Below are positions 19,650-30,441 of a stretch of DNA of 64,000 bases, piece after piece; within the stretch, counting starts at the first letter, position 1; every line of letters starts with the position of its first letter. Below the pieces are notes generated by a model, which was given only the letters and a program-made list of their open reading frames with translations, did no database searches and was not told the origin of the DNA. The translations under genes were made by a program, and so were the position numbers. Source of the DNA: an uncultured Chloroflexia bacterium (GTDB lineage: Bacteria > Chloroflexota > Chloroflexia > QHBQ01 > JADMIH01); contig CAWCNY010000003.1 of assembly GCA_963797095.1 (NCBI GenBank), positions 1,056,001-1,120,000 on the forward strand, read 5' to 3'.

Positions 19650-20569
19650 ACATCCTCTCCCTCGGCGATCTCCTGCTCGATGTCGTAATTCGCTACGACC
19701 CCTCCACCGGCGAGGCCGACGCTGGCGCAGACGCAGTCCAGCTATGGCCGGGCGGCTCGGCTGCCAATTTCGCGGTGTGGGCCGCCAGGGGCGGGGCCAG
19801 CGTCGGCTTCATCAGCAGGGTGGGCCGCGACTGGTCGGGTGATATGCTCATGCGCTCGCTGGAAGTCGAGCACGTGACCCCATACGTGCGCATCATCGAC
19901 GGCACCGCCACCGGCCGGGTGCTGGTGATGGTGGACCCCGCTGGCGTGCGCCGGATGTGGTCCTATCCCGGCGCTAGCGCCTCCATCGCCGCCGACGACC
20001 TAGACCCGGCCTGGTTCCGCGACCTCTCCGCCTTCCACCTGACCGGCTACTCGCTCCTGCGCGATGGCCCTCGCGATGCTGCCCTCCGTGCCCTGGAGCG
20101 TGCCAGGGTCAGCGGCCCCACTCTCTGTACCCTCGACCCCAACCCTCCCCACCTCATCGTTGACTTCGGTCCTGCCCGCTATCGCGATCTCTTGCGCGAC
20201 CTGCAATTCCATGCCATCTTCCCCAACCTCGAAGAAGGCCATCTCCTCTCAGGTGAAACCGACCCCCAGCGAATCGCGGCCAACCTCCTTGAGATCGCTC
20301 CTCTGGTAGTGCTCACCATGGGAGCGAGCGGCTGCCTTGTAGCCGACCGGGGCGACTCCTTCTTCCGGCCACCCGCCACGAACCCCGCCCCCCAGTTTGT
20401 GAAAGTCGACGCCTACGCAGTCGAGCAAGTGGTCGATACCACGGGCGCGGGCGATGCCTTCGCGGCGGCCTTTGTGCTAGAATACCTTCGTACCCACGAT
20501 CCCCAGGCCGCGGCCCAATCCGCCAATCGCCAGGCCGCGGAAGTAGTAACCAGCCTGGGCGCACGCTGA
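19646..20569 (+). CDS. PfkB-family carbohydrate kinase, probable pseudouridine kinase
   Basis: GGSAANFA, PNLEE, VDTTGAGDAF; in operon with psuG. Confidence 0.85.
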   Translation: MNILSLGDLLLDVVIRYDPSTGEADAGADAVQLWPGGSAANFAVWAARGGASVGFISRVGRDWSGDMLMRSLEVEHVTPYVRIIDGTATGRVLVMVDPAGVRRMWSYPGASASIAADDLDPAWFRDLSAFHLTGYSLLRDGPRDAALRALERARVSGPTLCTLDPNPPHLIVDFGPARYRDLLRDLQFHAIFPNLEEGHLLSGETDPQRIAANLLEIAPLVVLTMGASGCLVADRGDSFFRPPATNPAPQFVKVDAYAVEQVVDTTGAGDAFAAAFVLEYLRTHDPQAAAQSANRQAAEVVTSLGAR

Positions 20570-20640
20570 CCCCACCGGCCAACCAATAAGCAACAAGCAA
20601 TACCAGGAGCCTCAGACCTCAACCCAAGAAATCTCAAAGA

Positions 20641-20714
20641 ACCCTTCGTGCCCTTCGCCCGACTTCGCCCCTTCGTGTACAAGAAAACCCAAACCGCAAT
20701 ACGCAATACGCAGT
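20641..20714. repeat. CTTCG-rich repeat unit plus heptamer array, left copy
   Basis: CCCTTCGTGCCCTTCGCC...CTTCGTGTACAAGAAAACCCAAACC then GCAATAC units; similar units at 21322-21388 and 17906-17943. Confidence 0.7.
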
Positions 20715-20725
20715 AAATACCCCCC

Positions 20726-21232
20726 ATGCCCCCCAACGACCCCATCACAACCGAACAATCACCCAGCCGAGGCCACACCCGCAGGCCACCCCTCGCCGAG
20801 ATCAACTCATGGGAGTTATGGCAGGCGTGGCGGCGAGGCGAGCGCGCTCTCGTTCTCCCCTGGCTTGGCCTCCTCGCCGGCTTCTCGGTGGTGCTTTCGG
20901 CCATGTACTCCTTCTTCTTCGTTTCAAGCGTCCTCAGCCAGGACACAATTGCACCCATCGCCCTGCTTGTGGTTTACGTCGGCTTCCTCTTCTGGGTGTG
21001 GCGTCGCATATCGCCCAGGCGTGGTTTCGCGCTCGCCGTCGTTGGCGCGATGGTAGCCGTGTCGACCCTCGCCTTCGGCCTCTGGTTCGCCGCCTACTGG
21101 CTGCTCAACTGGAACATCTGGGCAGGCATATTCGGGACCGCCATCCTCGGCCTGCTCGGTCTGGCAATCGCCCTCCCCGGCCTCAACACAATGGCCGCCA
21201 ACCAACAGCCCACAGCCAGTAACAAGCAGTAA
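20726..21232 (+). CDS. Hypothetical 4-TM membrane protein
   Basis: Four hydrophobic segments, GC3-biased codons, flanked by direct repeats. Confidence 0.65.
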   Translation: MPPNDPITTEQSPSRGHTRRPPLAEINSWELWQAWRRGERALVLPWLGLLAGFSVVLSAMYSFFFVSSVLSQDTIAPIALLVVYVGFLFWVWRRISPRRGFALAVVGAMVAVSTLAFGLWFAAYWLLNWNIWAGIFGTAILGLLGLAIALPGLNTMAANQQPTASNKQ

Positions 21233-21388
21233 GCAGTAAGCAGTAAGCAATACGCAGTACGCAACACGCAATACGCAATACGCAGTACGCAGTACGTAGT
21301 ACGTAGTACGCAATACCAATAATCCTTCGTACCCTTTGCCCTCCTTCGCTTCTTCGTGTACAAGAAACCCAAACCATAATGCGCAACA
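21216..21388. repeat. Heptamer array plus right copy of CTTCG-rich unit
   Basis: (AAGCAGT)n grading into ACGCAAT/ACGCAGT/ACGTAGT, then CCTTCGTACCCTTTGCC...CTTCGTGTACAAGAAACCCAAACC. Confidence 0.8.
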
Positions 21389-21402
21389 CTCCAAGGAGCA
21401 CA

Positions 21403-22305
21403 ATGCAGAGCCTACTTCAATGCATCCCCAACTTCAGCGAGGGCCAGCGCAAAGATGTGATCGACAAGGTCGCCGGTGCCGTGCGCTCGGTTGAGGGCGT
21501 GCGCCTGCTCGATATCTCCCCCAACGCCGACCACAACCGCACCGTCCTTACCTTCGTGGGGCCTCCCGATGCCGTTGCCGAAGCCGCATTCGCCGCCACC
21601 GCCAGGGCGGTCGAATTGATCGATATGGAGCAACATAAGGGCGAGCACCCCCGTATCGGCGCTATGGATGTGGTGCCCTTCGTGCCGATCTCCGGCATAA
21701 CCATGGAGGATGCCGTGAAGGTCGCCAACCGGGTGGGCAAGCGGATCGCGGACGAGCTTGGAGTGCCTGTCTATCTCTATTCGGCGGCGGCCGCCACCCC
21801 TGCCCGCAAGCGTCTGCCTGATGTGCGCCAGGGTCAGTACGAGGGGCTGAAAGAGAGCATTACCCGTCCTGATCGCAAGCCCGATTACGGCGACTCAATG
21901 CTGCACCCAACCGCCGGGGCCACCGCCGTAGGTGCTCGTCCTCCCCTGATCGCTTTCAACGTGAACCTGGGCACTCCCAACCTGCAAATCGCGAAGGCCA
22001 TAGCCAAAGGCGTGCGCGAGAGCAGTGGTGGCCTGATGAACGTCCAGGCCCTCGGCGTTGACCTCGCCGAACAGGGGATCGTGCAGGTTTCCATGAATCT
22101 GCTGGACTACACGAAAACCCCCATCCACCGCGCCTATGAGCTTGTGCGCCTGGAAGCCGAACGCTACGGCGTGCCCGTGGTCGCCAGCGAGATAGTCGGC
22201 CTCCTCCCCCTCGATGCCCTCCTCGGCGTCGCCGGCTTTTACCTTCGCCTGGACGGATTCAGCCGCAACCAGGTGCTGGAAGCTCGTTTGCTTGAAGAGG
22301 AATAA
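21403..22305 (+). CDS. ftcd: Glutamate formimidoyltransferase (stand-alone FT domain)
   Basis: [44 protein letters not shown]; AAGGAG RBS. Confidence 0.92.
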   Translation: MQSLLQCIPNFSEGQRKDVIDKVAGAVRSVEGVRLLDISPNADHNRTVLTFVGPPDAVAEAAFAATARAVELIDMEQHKGEHPRIGAMDVVPFVPISGITMEDAVKVANRVGKRIADELGVPVYLYSAAAATPARKRLPDVRQGQYEGLKESITRPDRKPDYGDSMLHPTAGATAVGARPPLIAFNVNLGTPNLQIAKAIAKGVRESSGGLMNVQALGVDLAEQGIVQVSMNLLDYTKTPIHRAYELVRLEAERYGVPVVASEIVGLLPLDALLGVAGFYLRLDGFSRNQVLEARLLEEE

Positions 22306-22328
22306 GATCTACCTGTAGGAGCGCTGTT

Positions 22329-22805
22329 ATGCCGAATATTGGAGAAATGGCCCCCGACTTTGAATTGCTGGACGACGAGGGCAAAACCGTTAAACTATCC
22401 GATTTCCGAGGTAAGAGAGTTGTCCTCTACTTCTACCCTGCGGACTTCACAAGCGGTTGCGAGCTTCAAGCCTGTAAGTTCCGCGACGGCTACCCCCAGA
22501 TCGAGGATGCAAATGCGGTAGTTCTCGGAGTCAGCCCCGACACCATCGATAGCCACCGCAGGTTCCGCGAGGCTCACAACCTCCCCTTCCACCTACTCGT
22601 AGATAGCGACCGTTCCCTGGCGAATGCCTGGGGCAACACAAGTACAGTCACCCGCGAAGATGGCAGCGAAGCCGCACGCTACGTGCGCGGCCAGTACATT
22701 ATTGACGAGGATGGCAGGCTCATCGCCGCCCAATCCCCTGTGCAAGCTCCCCAAAGCCTGCGGATGGCCCTGGAGGGCCTGGGGATAGAACAGGAGAGCA
22801 CATAA
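22329..22805 (+). CDS. bcp: Peroxiredoxin Bcp/PrxQ
   Basis: [25 protein letters not shown]. Confidence 0.88.
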   Translation: MPNIGEMAPDFELLDDEGKTVKLSDFRGKRVVLYFYPADFTSGCELQACKFRDGYPQIEDANAVVLGVSPDTIDSHRRFREAHNLPFHLLVDSDRSLANAWGNTSTVTREDGSEAARYVRGQYIIDEDGRLIAAQSPVQAPQSLRMALEGLGIEQEST

Positions 22806-22969
22806 GATAATTACTTGCACACCCACCGTATTCCACGGATAGTATACAATATGCGTATGCCGGACGAATACTTGACCCGCGCCGTGGCAAAAGGCAACCC
22901 CACGATGAAGATCGCCTTACAGGTGCGGCCTTATGCTGCCCTGGTGCAAGCCACGCGGACTTCGCTGCC

Positions 22970-23258
22970 GGACGACACCTTTGGGGCGCTGATCGGCCCA
23001 ACCCCGGGTTTCCACTTCCCGACGCAAGGGTTCCAGCACCCCAAGCGCGGCGGATGGGTCACCCTGGGCGACAAGCACATGTGCCTGGCTGAGCGGGAGT
23101 TCATATTGCTCGGCCAGTTGAGCGGCTGCGTCTACCTGGCCCTGCTGAATCAGGGTCAAGACCTGGACGGCGGCAATCGCCGGCAGCCGCCAGGTGAAGT
23201 TCCTCTCGCATGCAGACTGTTGCGCCTGCGCCAACATTGCTGCTGCCCCACTTACATC
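22970..23258 (-). pseudogene. Internal fragment of a MalT-like LuxR regulator (TPR region)
   Basis: DVSGAAAMLAQA...LPLSQAHVLVAQGDPSAALGVLEPL...GWADQR; no credible start or end. Confidence 0.55.
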
Positions 23259-23591
23259 GCTAGATGGCCTAAACCCAAGTCGGCACAGTCGCTCGATCCC
23301 CTGTGGGTGAGCCAAAAGGGCGGGGCCTTGACTACATCAGCAATGGGCATGGGCGTAGCGGGGGCTGATGGCCGAACTTGTTAAGGCGGCAGGCAAGCTA
23401 GTTGCACGCGAGACCACAGCTCATTCTATGCGCCACACCTTTGCGCGTAGCTATCTGTCTCAATACCCGGAGATCTGGTTGGTCTAGCAACATTGCTCGG
23501 ACACAGCTCCCTTGATACGACCCGCCTCTACAGCCAACCCGCCGTGTCGCAACTGGCAGTGCGTGTCGAAAGGCTCTCCCTCAATGCCTAA
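23259..23591 (+). pseudogene. Tyrosine recombinase 3' fragment, frameshifted
   Basis: HSMRHTFARSY...LLGHSSLDTTRLY across two frameshifts; paralog of 50423-50755. Confidence 0.8.
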
Positions 23592-23637
23592 TCAAGATGA
23601 CAAAGCTAAGGAAGGCAACGAAGGTGGCAGCGGCAGA

Positions 23638-24015
23638 TCAGGCCTTGATCGAAGTGGCCGGAACGCACTTCTGCACAAGGTCTAAAAGCTCCTCAATTGC
23701 GAAGGGCTTGGGCAAGAAGGCCTTTGGCTTGAACTGCTGCAGGCGCTTCTCATCAGGCGTGAAGCCGGAAATCACAATTATCGGTACATCGCTGGTTACC
23801 GACTCCAGCCAATCAGCGACGTTCCAGCCTGTGGCATCGGGCAAGTTGATGTCGAGCACCATCAGGTTGGGCTTGATCGTCATTTTGTCAATAGCCTCAC
23901 GAAAATTGCCTGCTTGAAATACCATGTAGCCTGCTGCCTGAAGGCCGCGAGCGATCATACTGCGAAGATCGGCATCGTCTTCCACCAATAAAATGAAAGG
24001 TTGTTGAGAGATCAT
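23638..24015 (-). CDS. Stand-alone response-regulator receiver (copy 1)
   Basis: VEDD, VLDINLPD, ISG, KPF all intact; 125 aa with no output domain. Confidence 0.88.
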   Translation of the reverse strand: MISQQPFILLVEDDADLRSMIARGLQAAGYMVFQAGNFREAIDKMTIKPNLMVLDINLPDATGWNVADWLESVTSDVPIIVISGFTPDEKRLQQFKPKAFLPKPFAIEELLDLVQKCVPATSIKA

Positions 24016-24056
24016 ATCAAACTCCTTGTGGTAGCTAGTGGCTCAAGGTTCAACCC

Positions 24057-25367
24057 TCAAGTTTCCAGGTTCGAGGTAGCGGTAACCAGGTCGGATCTTG
24101 AACCCTGCTCGTTTGCTTGTACAGGCAAGGTAAAGGCAAATACTGCCCCGCCGCCAGGTTGGTTGGCTGCGCTTACCTGCCCGCCGTGAGCTTCAATTAT
24201 GCCTTTGACGATTGCCAGCCCCAGGCCCCAACCTCTCGTGCCAATTGTGCCAATCGAACTGCCCTCACTGATTGCACTTGCGCTACCCGCATTACCAGCA
24301 TTACCTGCTCCGTCTAAGCTTCCAGATCTGGGTGCCTTACCGGCTGTGATACGGTAGAAGCGCTCGAACATATGGGGTAGGCTCTCGCGTGGGATGCCCG
24401 GCCCTTCGTCGGCAACCTGCACCTCCACGACCCCATCTCCGATGAGCGGGGTGCCCTCTGGGCCGAAGGACGAAGGACGGAGACCTATCGTCCTCCGGTA
24501 GTGAGCACTCAGATGAACAGGGGTACCAGGAGGCGTATATCTGGCAGCGTTCTCCAGCAGGTTCGTCAACACTTCGTCTATCTCCACGGCGTCCATCGGC
24601 ACCGGAGGAAGAGTGGGATCTAGCTTGGTATCCACCGGATGTTCCGAGAGTACCGGTCGGAGACGCTCAACCACCGTTTCGATGACGTCGCCTATCTGAT
24701 GCAGCTCTTTGTTCAGCCTTAGATGCCCCTGCTCTATACGAGACATGTCGAGCAGATTACTCACCAAATGATTGATATGGTCTACCTGTGCCGGAATGAC
24801 CTGCAGGATCTCCCGCCTGTCCTCATTGCTCCACGACAGGCGAGGATCGAGCAGGTTGGTGGCAGCCGTCTTTATCGTCGTGAGGGGCGTGCGCAGGTCG
24901 TGGGCTACAGCCGATAGGAGCGCCACCCGCAAAGCATCCGTCCGACGCAGCACCTCAGCCTGAACCGCTGCCTGCTGGCCGCGGCGCGCTTCCTCGGCTT
25001 CGCGGCGCAGACCCGCCACCAGTTGGCTGGTGAGAATAGCCATCCCCAGCAAGACAATCAGGGCCAGCACATCCTGAAACGAGGCCACTGTAAAGGTGAA
25101 GCGAGGCTCTGTGAAGAAGAAGTTCGCAGTCAGGAACGACAGCAGAGAGGCCAGCATACCCTGACCCAGCCCCCAGCCTACCGCCACGCCAACCACAACC
25201 AGCAGGTAGACCAAATTGACCGTGCCTAGATTGACAACCGGCTGAGCTACCCAAAGTACGGCTGTAGCAATGGCCACTCCTATCACCGCTACGACATAGC
25301 CAAGCGGTCCGTACCAGGGTGGACGCCTGGTCGGGCGGAAAGGTAGCGCAACAAAATCCCTCATCAT
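24057..25367 (-). CDS. kdpD: KdpD-type membrane histidine kinase (DUF4118 + HisKA + HATPase, no GAF)
   Basis: 4 TM with FFFTEPRFTF, HDLRTPL, NLLENAARY, DEGPGI, GLGLAIV. Confidence 0.85.
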   Translation of the reverse strand: MMRDFVALPFRPTRRPPWYGPLGYVVAVIGVAIATAVLWVAQPVVNLGTVNLVYLLVVVGVAVGWGLGQGMLASLLSFLTANFFFTEPRFTFTVASFQDVLALIVLLGMAILTSQLVAGLRREAEEARRGQQAAVQAEVLRRTDALRVALLSAVAHDLRTPLTTIKTAATNLLDPRLSWSNEDRREILQVIPAQVDHINHLVSNLLDMSRIEQGHLRLNKELHQIGDVIETVVERLRPVLSEHPVDTKLDPTLPPVPMDAVEIDEVLTNLLENAARYTPPGTPVHLSAHYRRTIGLRPSSFGPEGTPLIGDGVVEVQVADEGPGIPRESLPHMFERFYRITAGKAPRSGSLDGAGNAGNAGSASAISEGSSIGTIGTRGWGLGLAIVKGIIEAHGGQVSAANQPGGGAVFAFTLPVQANEQGSRSDLVTATSNLET

Positions 25368-25405
25368 TACTCATCTGCTTCCTGGTTTACTGATTTCTTG
25401 GTTTC

Positions 25406-26626
25406 CTAACTTTCTCGCTCGTCCGTTGCGGGTCTGTTCACTCTCCCTTTGGTAGCGGGGCTAACCAGGTGTATATCCTGGGTTACCAGGCCTGCCAGTT
25501 GCTGGGGCAGCGATGGTCTGAATAGGCTTTTCCAGGGACCGCGCTGTGACTTACCCACCACAATCTGGGTGATATGCCGCTCGCGAGCCAGGCGAGCCAG
25601 CGTTGCGGCCACGTCGTTACCTTCGACAACCATTGCTTCGGCACCGAGGTCTTCGGCCAGCTCCAGGTTGGCATTGAGACTGGCCTCCTGTTCCGGCGTC
25701 AGCGGCTTGGAGGGTTCGCGCACAAAGGCAGCAATCAGCGGAGCTTTCAGACCGCGAGCCAGGTTCCAGCCGCGCCGGATCAGGTCTTTGCCGAACGGGT
25801 GGCAACTGACAGCTACCATAATCCGTTCGCTGGCGGCCCACGCGTCCTGGATTGCGTGCTCGGCCATATAGCGTTCGAGGGCGGTGTCCACGTTCTCTGC
25901 AGTCCGGCGCAGGGCCAGCTCGCGCAGCGCAGTCAGGTTACCCTTCCTGAAGAAGTTTTGCAGGGCCATGCGCGCCTGCGCAGGCGGGTAGATGTTACCT
26001 TCCTTCATGCGCCGGTGCATCTCGTCGACGGAGACATCCACCAGCGACACCTCGTCCGCGCGGTCAACGATCCAATCGGGTACCGTTTCTCGAACACCCA
26101 CGCCTGTTATGGTCTCGACGGTCGTATGAAGGCTTTCTATATGTTGCACGTTCATGGTGGTCCACACGTCAACGCCTGCGTGGAGCAAATCCACAACATC
26201 CTCGTAGCGCTTCCTGTGCTTTGAGCCTGGGACGTTTGTGTGAGCCAGTTCATCCACCAGAGCCACCTTGGGGCACCGAGCCATAACCGCTTCGGTGTCC
26301 AGCTCCTCTAACACCACGCCCTGGTACTCGATGCGCTTGCGCGGTACTATCTCCAGGTCGCCAATCTGGGCTGCGGTCTGGAGGCGGCCATATGTTTCGA
26401 CGAAGCCGATCACTATGTCCGTGCCCTTGGCCTTCTCCTCGCGCGCTTCGATCAGCATCTCATAAGTCTTGCCCACGCCGGGAGCGGCTCCCAGGAAAAT
26501 GCGCAGGCGGCCATCCCCAGGCGAGGTGCTGGGTGGTGCAACCTCCTCCTGCTCCTCCAGGAGGCGGGCCAGCATCGTTTCGGGAGTTGGTCGCTCCGGC
26601 TCGCGCTCGTAAAATGAATCGCTCAT
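25406..26626 (-). CDS. kdpD: Stand-alone KdpD N-terminal module (KdpD domain + USP)
   Basis: GAAPGVGKTYEM, LVDELAHTN, NVQHIESL, NFFRKGNLTALRELAL, then USP domain; own stop codon and spacer before the kinase gene. Confidence 0.9.
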   Translation of the reverse strand: MSDSFYEREPERPTPETMLARLLEEQEEVAPPSTSPGDGRLRIFLGAAPGVGKTYEMLIEAREEKAKGTDIVIGFVETYGRLQTAAQIGDLEIVPRKRIEYQGVVLEELDTEAVMARCPKVALVDELAHTNVPGSKHRKRYEDVVDLLHAGVDVWTTMNVQHIESLHTTVETITGVGVRETVPDWIVDRADEVSLVDVSVDEMHRRMKEGNIYPPAQARMALQNFFRKGNLTALRELALRRTAENVDTALERYMAEHAIQDAWAASERIMVAVSCHPFGKDLIRRGWNLARGLKAPLIAAFVREPSKPLTPEQEASLNANLELAEDLGAEAMVVEGNDVAATLARLARERHITQIVVGKSQRGPWKSLFRPSLPQQLAGLVTQDIHLVSPATKGRVNRPATDERES

Positions 26627-26702
26627 GTGGTTGGTGCTCAGTCCAGGTGGTTGGTAGCTCTTCGCTGCCACCAACCATTATCCATTAGCCAGTGGCGGCT
26701 CG

Positions 26703-27320
26703 CTAGTGGCTGCGAGCCGCCCTAATCGCCTCGAAAGCGGCTATTATCATGGAGGCAGCTTCCTCCAGAGTCACCCTGCTCGTGTTTACCACCATGTCGT
26801 AGATCGCCGGATCATCCGGCATTACATTGTATAGATAGCGGTAGTAAGCTTCGCGGGCATAGTCCATCTCGGTAATACGACGTCGCACGTCCGCTTCGCT
26901 GATCTTCTCGCGCGCCATCACACGCTTCACCCGGATTGTGAAGTCGGCCACCAGGCGCAGGTTGAACACGTTCCTGTGCGAAAGCAGCGCCAAGTTGGCA
27001 CCTCGCCCTACGATTATGACATTACCCTGGCGTGCAAGCTCGTCGAGCGTCTCGTCTACCGCCGTGATGTACTTCTCAGATTGCTCCCTGTAGACGCGCA
27101 GGTCCTGGAAACTGGGGCGCTGCTCGTACACCCTCTCGATCTTGGCGATGTCCAGGCCGCTACGCCCCGCCGCCATCGAGAGTAGATCTTCCTCTATCAC
27201 TCGGAAGCCAAGCCGGTTGGACACCATCCGGGCAATTTCATTTGTGCCCGCCCCGTACTGGCGCGAGATCGTGATAACGTTGACATCAACCCGACCGGCG
27301 TTCGTATTGGCTGTGCCCAT
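26703..27320 (-). CDS. Cytidylate-kinase-like family protein
   Basis: VITISRQYGAG, VIIVGRGA, D...R..YY..LY, YDMVVNT; GGAGG RBS, 5 nt after kdpC stop. Confidence 0.8.
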   Translation of the reverse strand: MGTANTNAGRVDVNVITISRQYGAGTNEIARMVSNRLGFRVIEEDLLSMAAGRSGLDIAKIERVYEQRPSFQDLRVYREQSEKYITAVDETLDELARQGNVIIVGRGANLALLSHRNVFNLRLVADFTIRVKRVMAREKISEADVRRRITEMDYAREAYYRYLYNVMPDDPAIYDMVVNTSRVTLEEAASMIIAAFEAIRAARSH

Positions 27321-27325
27321 CTCTA

Positions 27326-28075
27326 TTACCTCCCTCCCTGAAGCGCGTCCAGCGCCAGGTTCAACTTCAACACGTTCACACGAGGCTCGCCCAAGAAGCC
27401 CAGGTCGCGCCCTTCCGCATTCTGGTCTACTATCTTTTGCACGTCGGCCTCGCTCATGCCCCTGGCTTCCGCCACACGAGGCACCTGAAGCCTGGCGGCG
27501 GCGGGCGTAATGTGGGGGTCGAGGCCGCTTGCCGAGGCGGTCCCCAGATCGACCGGCACCGGCGCGCCGGGAGGCAACCCTTCCATGCTTCGTACGTAGT
27601 CGGCGGCTGCAACTGTGTTCGTCAGCACCAGCTTGGCGCTCGTGGAACCGAGGTTCGAGCCTCCTGAAACGCCCGGGTCGGTGTCACCCCCGGCTTCGCC
27701 TCTCGCCCATGAGAAGCCGTTCCCGGAAAACGTCCCACCTGCCGAGGGCCTTCCGTAGAAGTACTTGGTATCTGTGAACACCTGCCCCAGCAGCAGTGAG
27801 CCTATCGGCTGCCCTTTGCTGTCGTAGGCGATACTTCCGTTTGCCTGTGAAGGGAATGTCACCTGCGCTATCCCTGTCACCACCAGCGGATACATAATGC
27901 CTGTGATAAGCGTCATCATCAACACCATTCCCAATCCAACCAGCAACTGCCTTCCAATGTTCAGCCCGTCCTCGACGGCCTCATCGGGTGGGTTGAGACG
28001 CGTAGTCTCTGTGTGAGGCGGCTCTGTTATGGCGCGCCCATCTCCTGTAACGCGGGTTTTAAATTCGCTGATCAT
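27326..28075 (-). CDS. kdpC: K+-transporting ATPase subunit C (start uncertain)
   Basis: YPLVVTGIAQ, QANGS, YFYGRPSA, SGGSNLG, SASGLDPHI, VNVLKLNLALD. Confidence 0.93.
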   Translation of the reverse strand: MISEFKTRVTGDGRAITEPPHTETTRLNPPDEAVEDGLNIGRQLLVGLGMVLMMTLITGIMYPLVVTGIAQVTFPSQANGSIAYDSKGQPIGSLLLGQVFTDTKYFYGRPSAGGTFSGNGFSWARGEAGGDTDPGVSGGSNLGSTSAKLVLTNTVAAADYVRSMEGLPPGAPVPVDLGTASASGLDPHITPAAARLQVPRVAEARGMSEADVQKIVDQNAEGRDLGFLGEPRVNVLKLNLALDALQGGR

Positions 28076-28100
28076 TCTTTCTTGCTCCTCGCTGCTAATC

Positions 28101-28184
28101 CCAGGTTCCAAGTTCAATGTTCAAACGAAAAACTCGGGACCTGGAACCTGGAACCTGGAACCTGGAACCTGGAACCTGGAACTC
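28101..28184. repeat. Heptamer array between kdpB and kdpC
   Basis: GGGACCT (GGAACCT)x5 GGAACTC with inverted partner CCAGGTTCCAAGTTC. Confidence 0.85.
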
Positions 28185-28187
28185 GCA

Positions 28188-30302
28188 TCATGTCCCCAGT
28201 CCGAACAGGTTCACGATTACATCTATGATTTTGATCCCTATGAAGGGGGCGATTATCCCGCCAATGCCGTAGATCAAGATGTTACGTCGGAGAATATCGG
28301 CGGCGGGCATAGCCCTGTATGGCACACCGCGCAGCGCCAGTGGTATCAGTAACACGATGATCAGGGCGTTGAAGATGATGGCGCTCAAGATGGCTGTGCC
28401 GGGGTTGAGGAACATGATATTGAGCGCGTTCAGTTCCGGATACGTCACGGAGAAGGCCGCCGGGATGATGGCGAAATACTTCGCCACGTCGTTGGCTATC
28501 GAGAAAGTTGTCAGCGAGCCACGGGTCATCAGCAGCTGCTTGCCTATCTGCACTATGTCCAGCAGCTTGGTGGGGTCCGAGTCGAGGTCGACCATGTTGC
28601 CCGCCTCTTTGGCCGCCGATGTGCCACTGTTCATGGCCACCGCCACGTCGGCCTGCGCCAGGGCAGGGGCGTCGTTTGTGCCGTCGCCCGTCATCGCCAC
28701 CAGGCGGCCCTCGGTCTGCTGTTCCTTGATGATACGAATTTTGTCCTCCGGTTTGGCCTGCGCCACGAAGTCGTCAACTCCTGCCTCTCGCGCTATGGTG
28801 GCTGCCGTTAGCTGGTTATCGCCTGTGATCATGATGGTGCGTATGCCAATCCGGCGCAGGTCCTCGAACCGCTCGCGTATGCCCGGTTTGACGGTATCTT
28901 TCAGATAGACAACCCCAAGCACATCGCCGTTGTTGGCGACTGCCAGTGGTGTTCCGCCTTCGCCTCCCACAAAGTCAGCTATATCCTGTAGATCGGGAGG
29001 CACGCTTTTGACCTGGCGAGAGACCGAGTCGACAGCGCCCTTGATTATGCGTGTGCCCTCACGTCCTTCGTCCTGGAGGCTGCTGCCGCTTATGCGAGTC
29101 TCCGCGGTGAAAGGAATTAACTCGACCGTCGGGCCGAGCCATTCCGGCGGGGGCGTGTAGCCCATTCGCTCGGCCAGTGCCACGATCGACTTACCTTCGG
29201 GCGTGTCGTCGGCCACCGAGGCCAGCAGCGCGGCCTGCGCTAGCTCGTCACGGGTGCGGCCTTCCACAGGGATGAACTCCGAAGCCATGCGGTTGCCAAA
29301 GGTGATGGTGCCGGTCTTGTCCAGCAGCAGCACATCTACATCACCCGCCGCTTCCACCGCCCGCCCACTCATCGCCAGCACGTTCTGCTGCACGAGCCTG
29401 TCCATGCCCGCAATGCCGATGGCAGATAAGAGAGCGCCGATGGTCGTCGGGATAAGTGTGACCAGCAGCGCCACCAGAGTAATCACGGAGATATAAGAGT
29501 TGGAGTATGCGGCGAACGGGCCGAGTGTGACCACAACGATCAGGAATATGACCGTGAGGCCCACCAGCAAGATATTGAGCGCGATCTCGTTGGGTGTCTT
29601 CTGGCGGGCCGCACCCTCCACCAGGGCGATCATACGGTCGAGAAAGGTCTGGCCGGGGTCTGCGGTGATCCTGATCACGAGGGAGTCCGAGATAATCGTG
29701 GTTCCACCCGTAACGCTCGATGAGATGTCGGTGCCCGGCTCTTTTATCACGGGGGCGGACTCGCCTGTGATAGCGGCCTCGTTGACGTAGGCCACACCTT
29801 GCAGCACCTCGCCATCGGAAGGAATGAGGTCGCCCGCTTCTACGAGCACCAGGTCGCCCTTGCGTAGCTCTGAGGCCGGTATGATGGTAAAGGTGCGGGT
29901 CTCCTTGTTGGCCAGCTTCTTGGCCTGCGCGCCCACTTTGGTCTTGCGGAGGGTGTCGGCCTGGGCTTTCCCCCGCCCTTCGGCCAGTGCCTCGGCGAAG
30001 TTGGCGAAGATTACCGTCACCCACAGCCATAGGATTATCAGGGCGTTTACGATAACCGTTCTCAGGCCCGCACCGTCAACTATAAGCTTTACCAGTATCA
30101 GCGTGGTTAGCAAGCTCCCTACTTCCACCACAAACATTACAGGGTTGTATACGAGGTGGCGGGGATCGAGCTTCTTTATGCTGTCCCGCAGAGCCGGTCC
30201 CATAAGCTCGCGGGTGAAGAGCCGCTGCGGTCCCTTGCTCCTCTTCTCCGGTGTCGGAGCCTGTACCCTTTCCTGTTCCATTGTCCTTGCGTTAGTTGCC
30301 AT
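28188..30302 (-). CDS. kdpB: K+-transporting P-type ATPase subunit B
   Basis: [40 protein letters not shown]. Confidence 0.97.
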   Translation of the reverse strand: MATNARTMEQERVQAPTPEKRSKGPQRLFTRELMGPALRDSIKKLDPRHLVYNPVMFVVEVGSLLTTLILVKLIVDGAGLRTVIVNALIILWLWVTVIFANFAEALAEGRGKAQADTLRKTKVGAQAKKLANKETRTFTIIPASELRKGDLVLVEAGDLIPSDGEVLQGVAYVNEAAITGESAPVIKEPGTDISSSVTGGTTIISDSLVIRITADPGQTFLDRMIALVEGAARQKTPNEIALNILLVGLTVIFLIVVVTLGPFAAYSNSYISVITLVALLVTLIPTTIGALLSAIGIAGMDRLVQQNVLAMSGRAVEAAGDVDVLLLDKTGTITFGNRMASEFIPVEGRTRDELAQAALLASVADDTPEGKSIVALAERMGYTPPPEWLGPTVELIPFTAETRISGSSLQDEGREGTRIIKGAVDSVSRQVKSVPPDLQDIADFVGGEGGTPLAVANNGDVLGVVYLKDTVKPGIRERFEDLRRIGIRTIMITGDNQLTAATIAREAGVDDFVAQAKPEDKIRIIKEQQTEGRLVAMTGDGTNDAPALAQADVAVAMNSGTSAAKEAGNMVDLDSDPTKLLDIVQIGKQLLMTRGSLTTFSIANDVAKYFAIIPAAFSVTYPELNALNIMFLNPGTAILSAIIFNALIIVLLIPLALRGVPYRAMPAADILRRNILIYGIGGIIAPFIGIKIIDVIVNLFGLGT

Positions 30303-30441
30303 CTATCTTCTCTCCATCATGCATGATCCATGTCAACGACCCATGGTCAACGACCCATGCGCAGCGCACAATTTGCCGCTATCGTCCGCCGTCCATCCTT
30401 CGCGAGCTCAGGACCCGTCGTCAGCGAACGGCCGTCACCAC

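Noticed and set aside
22815-23384. 189-aa ORF as a real protein
   Set aside because: Chimera of a short gene start, antisense MalT-like debris and the integrase fragment
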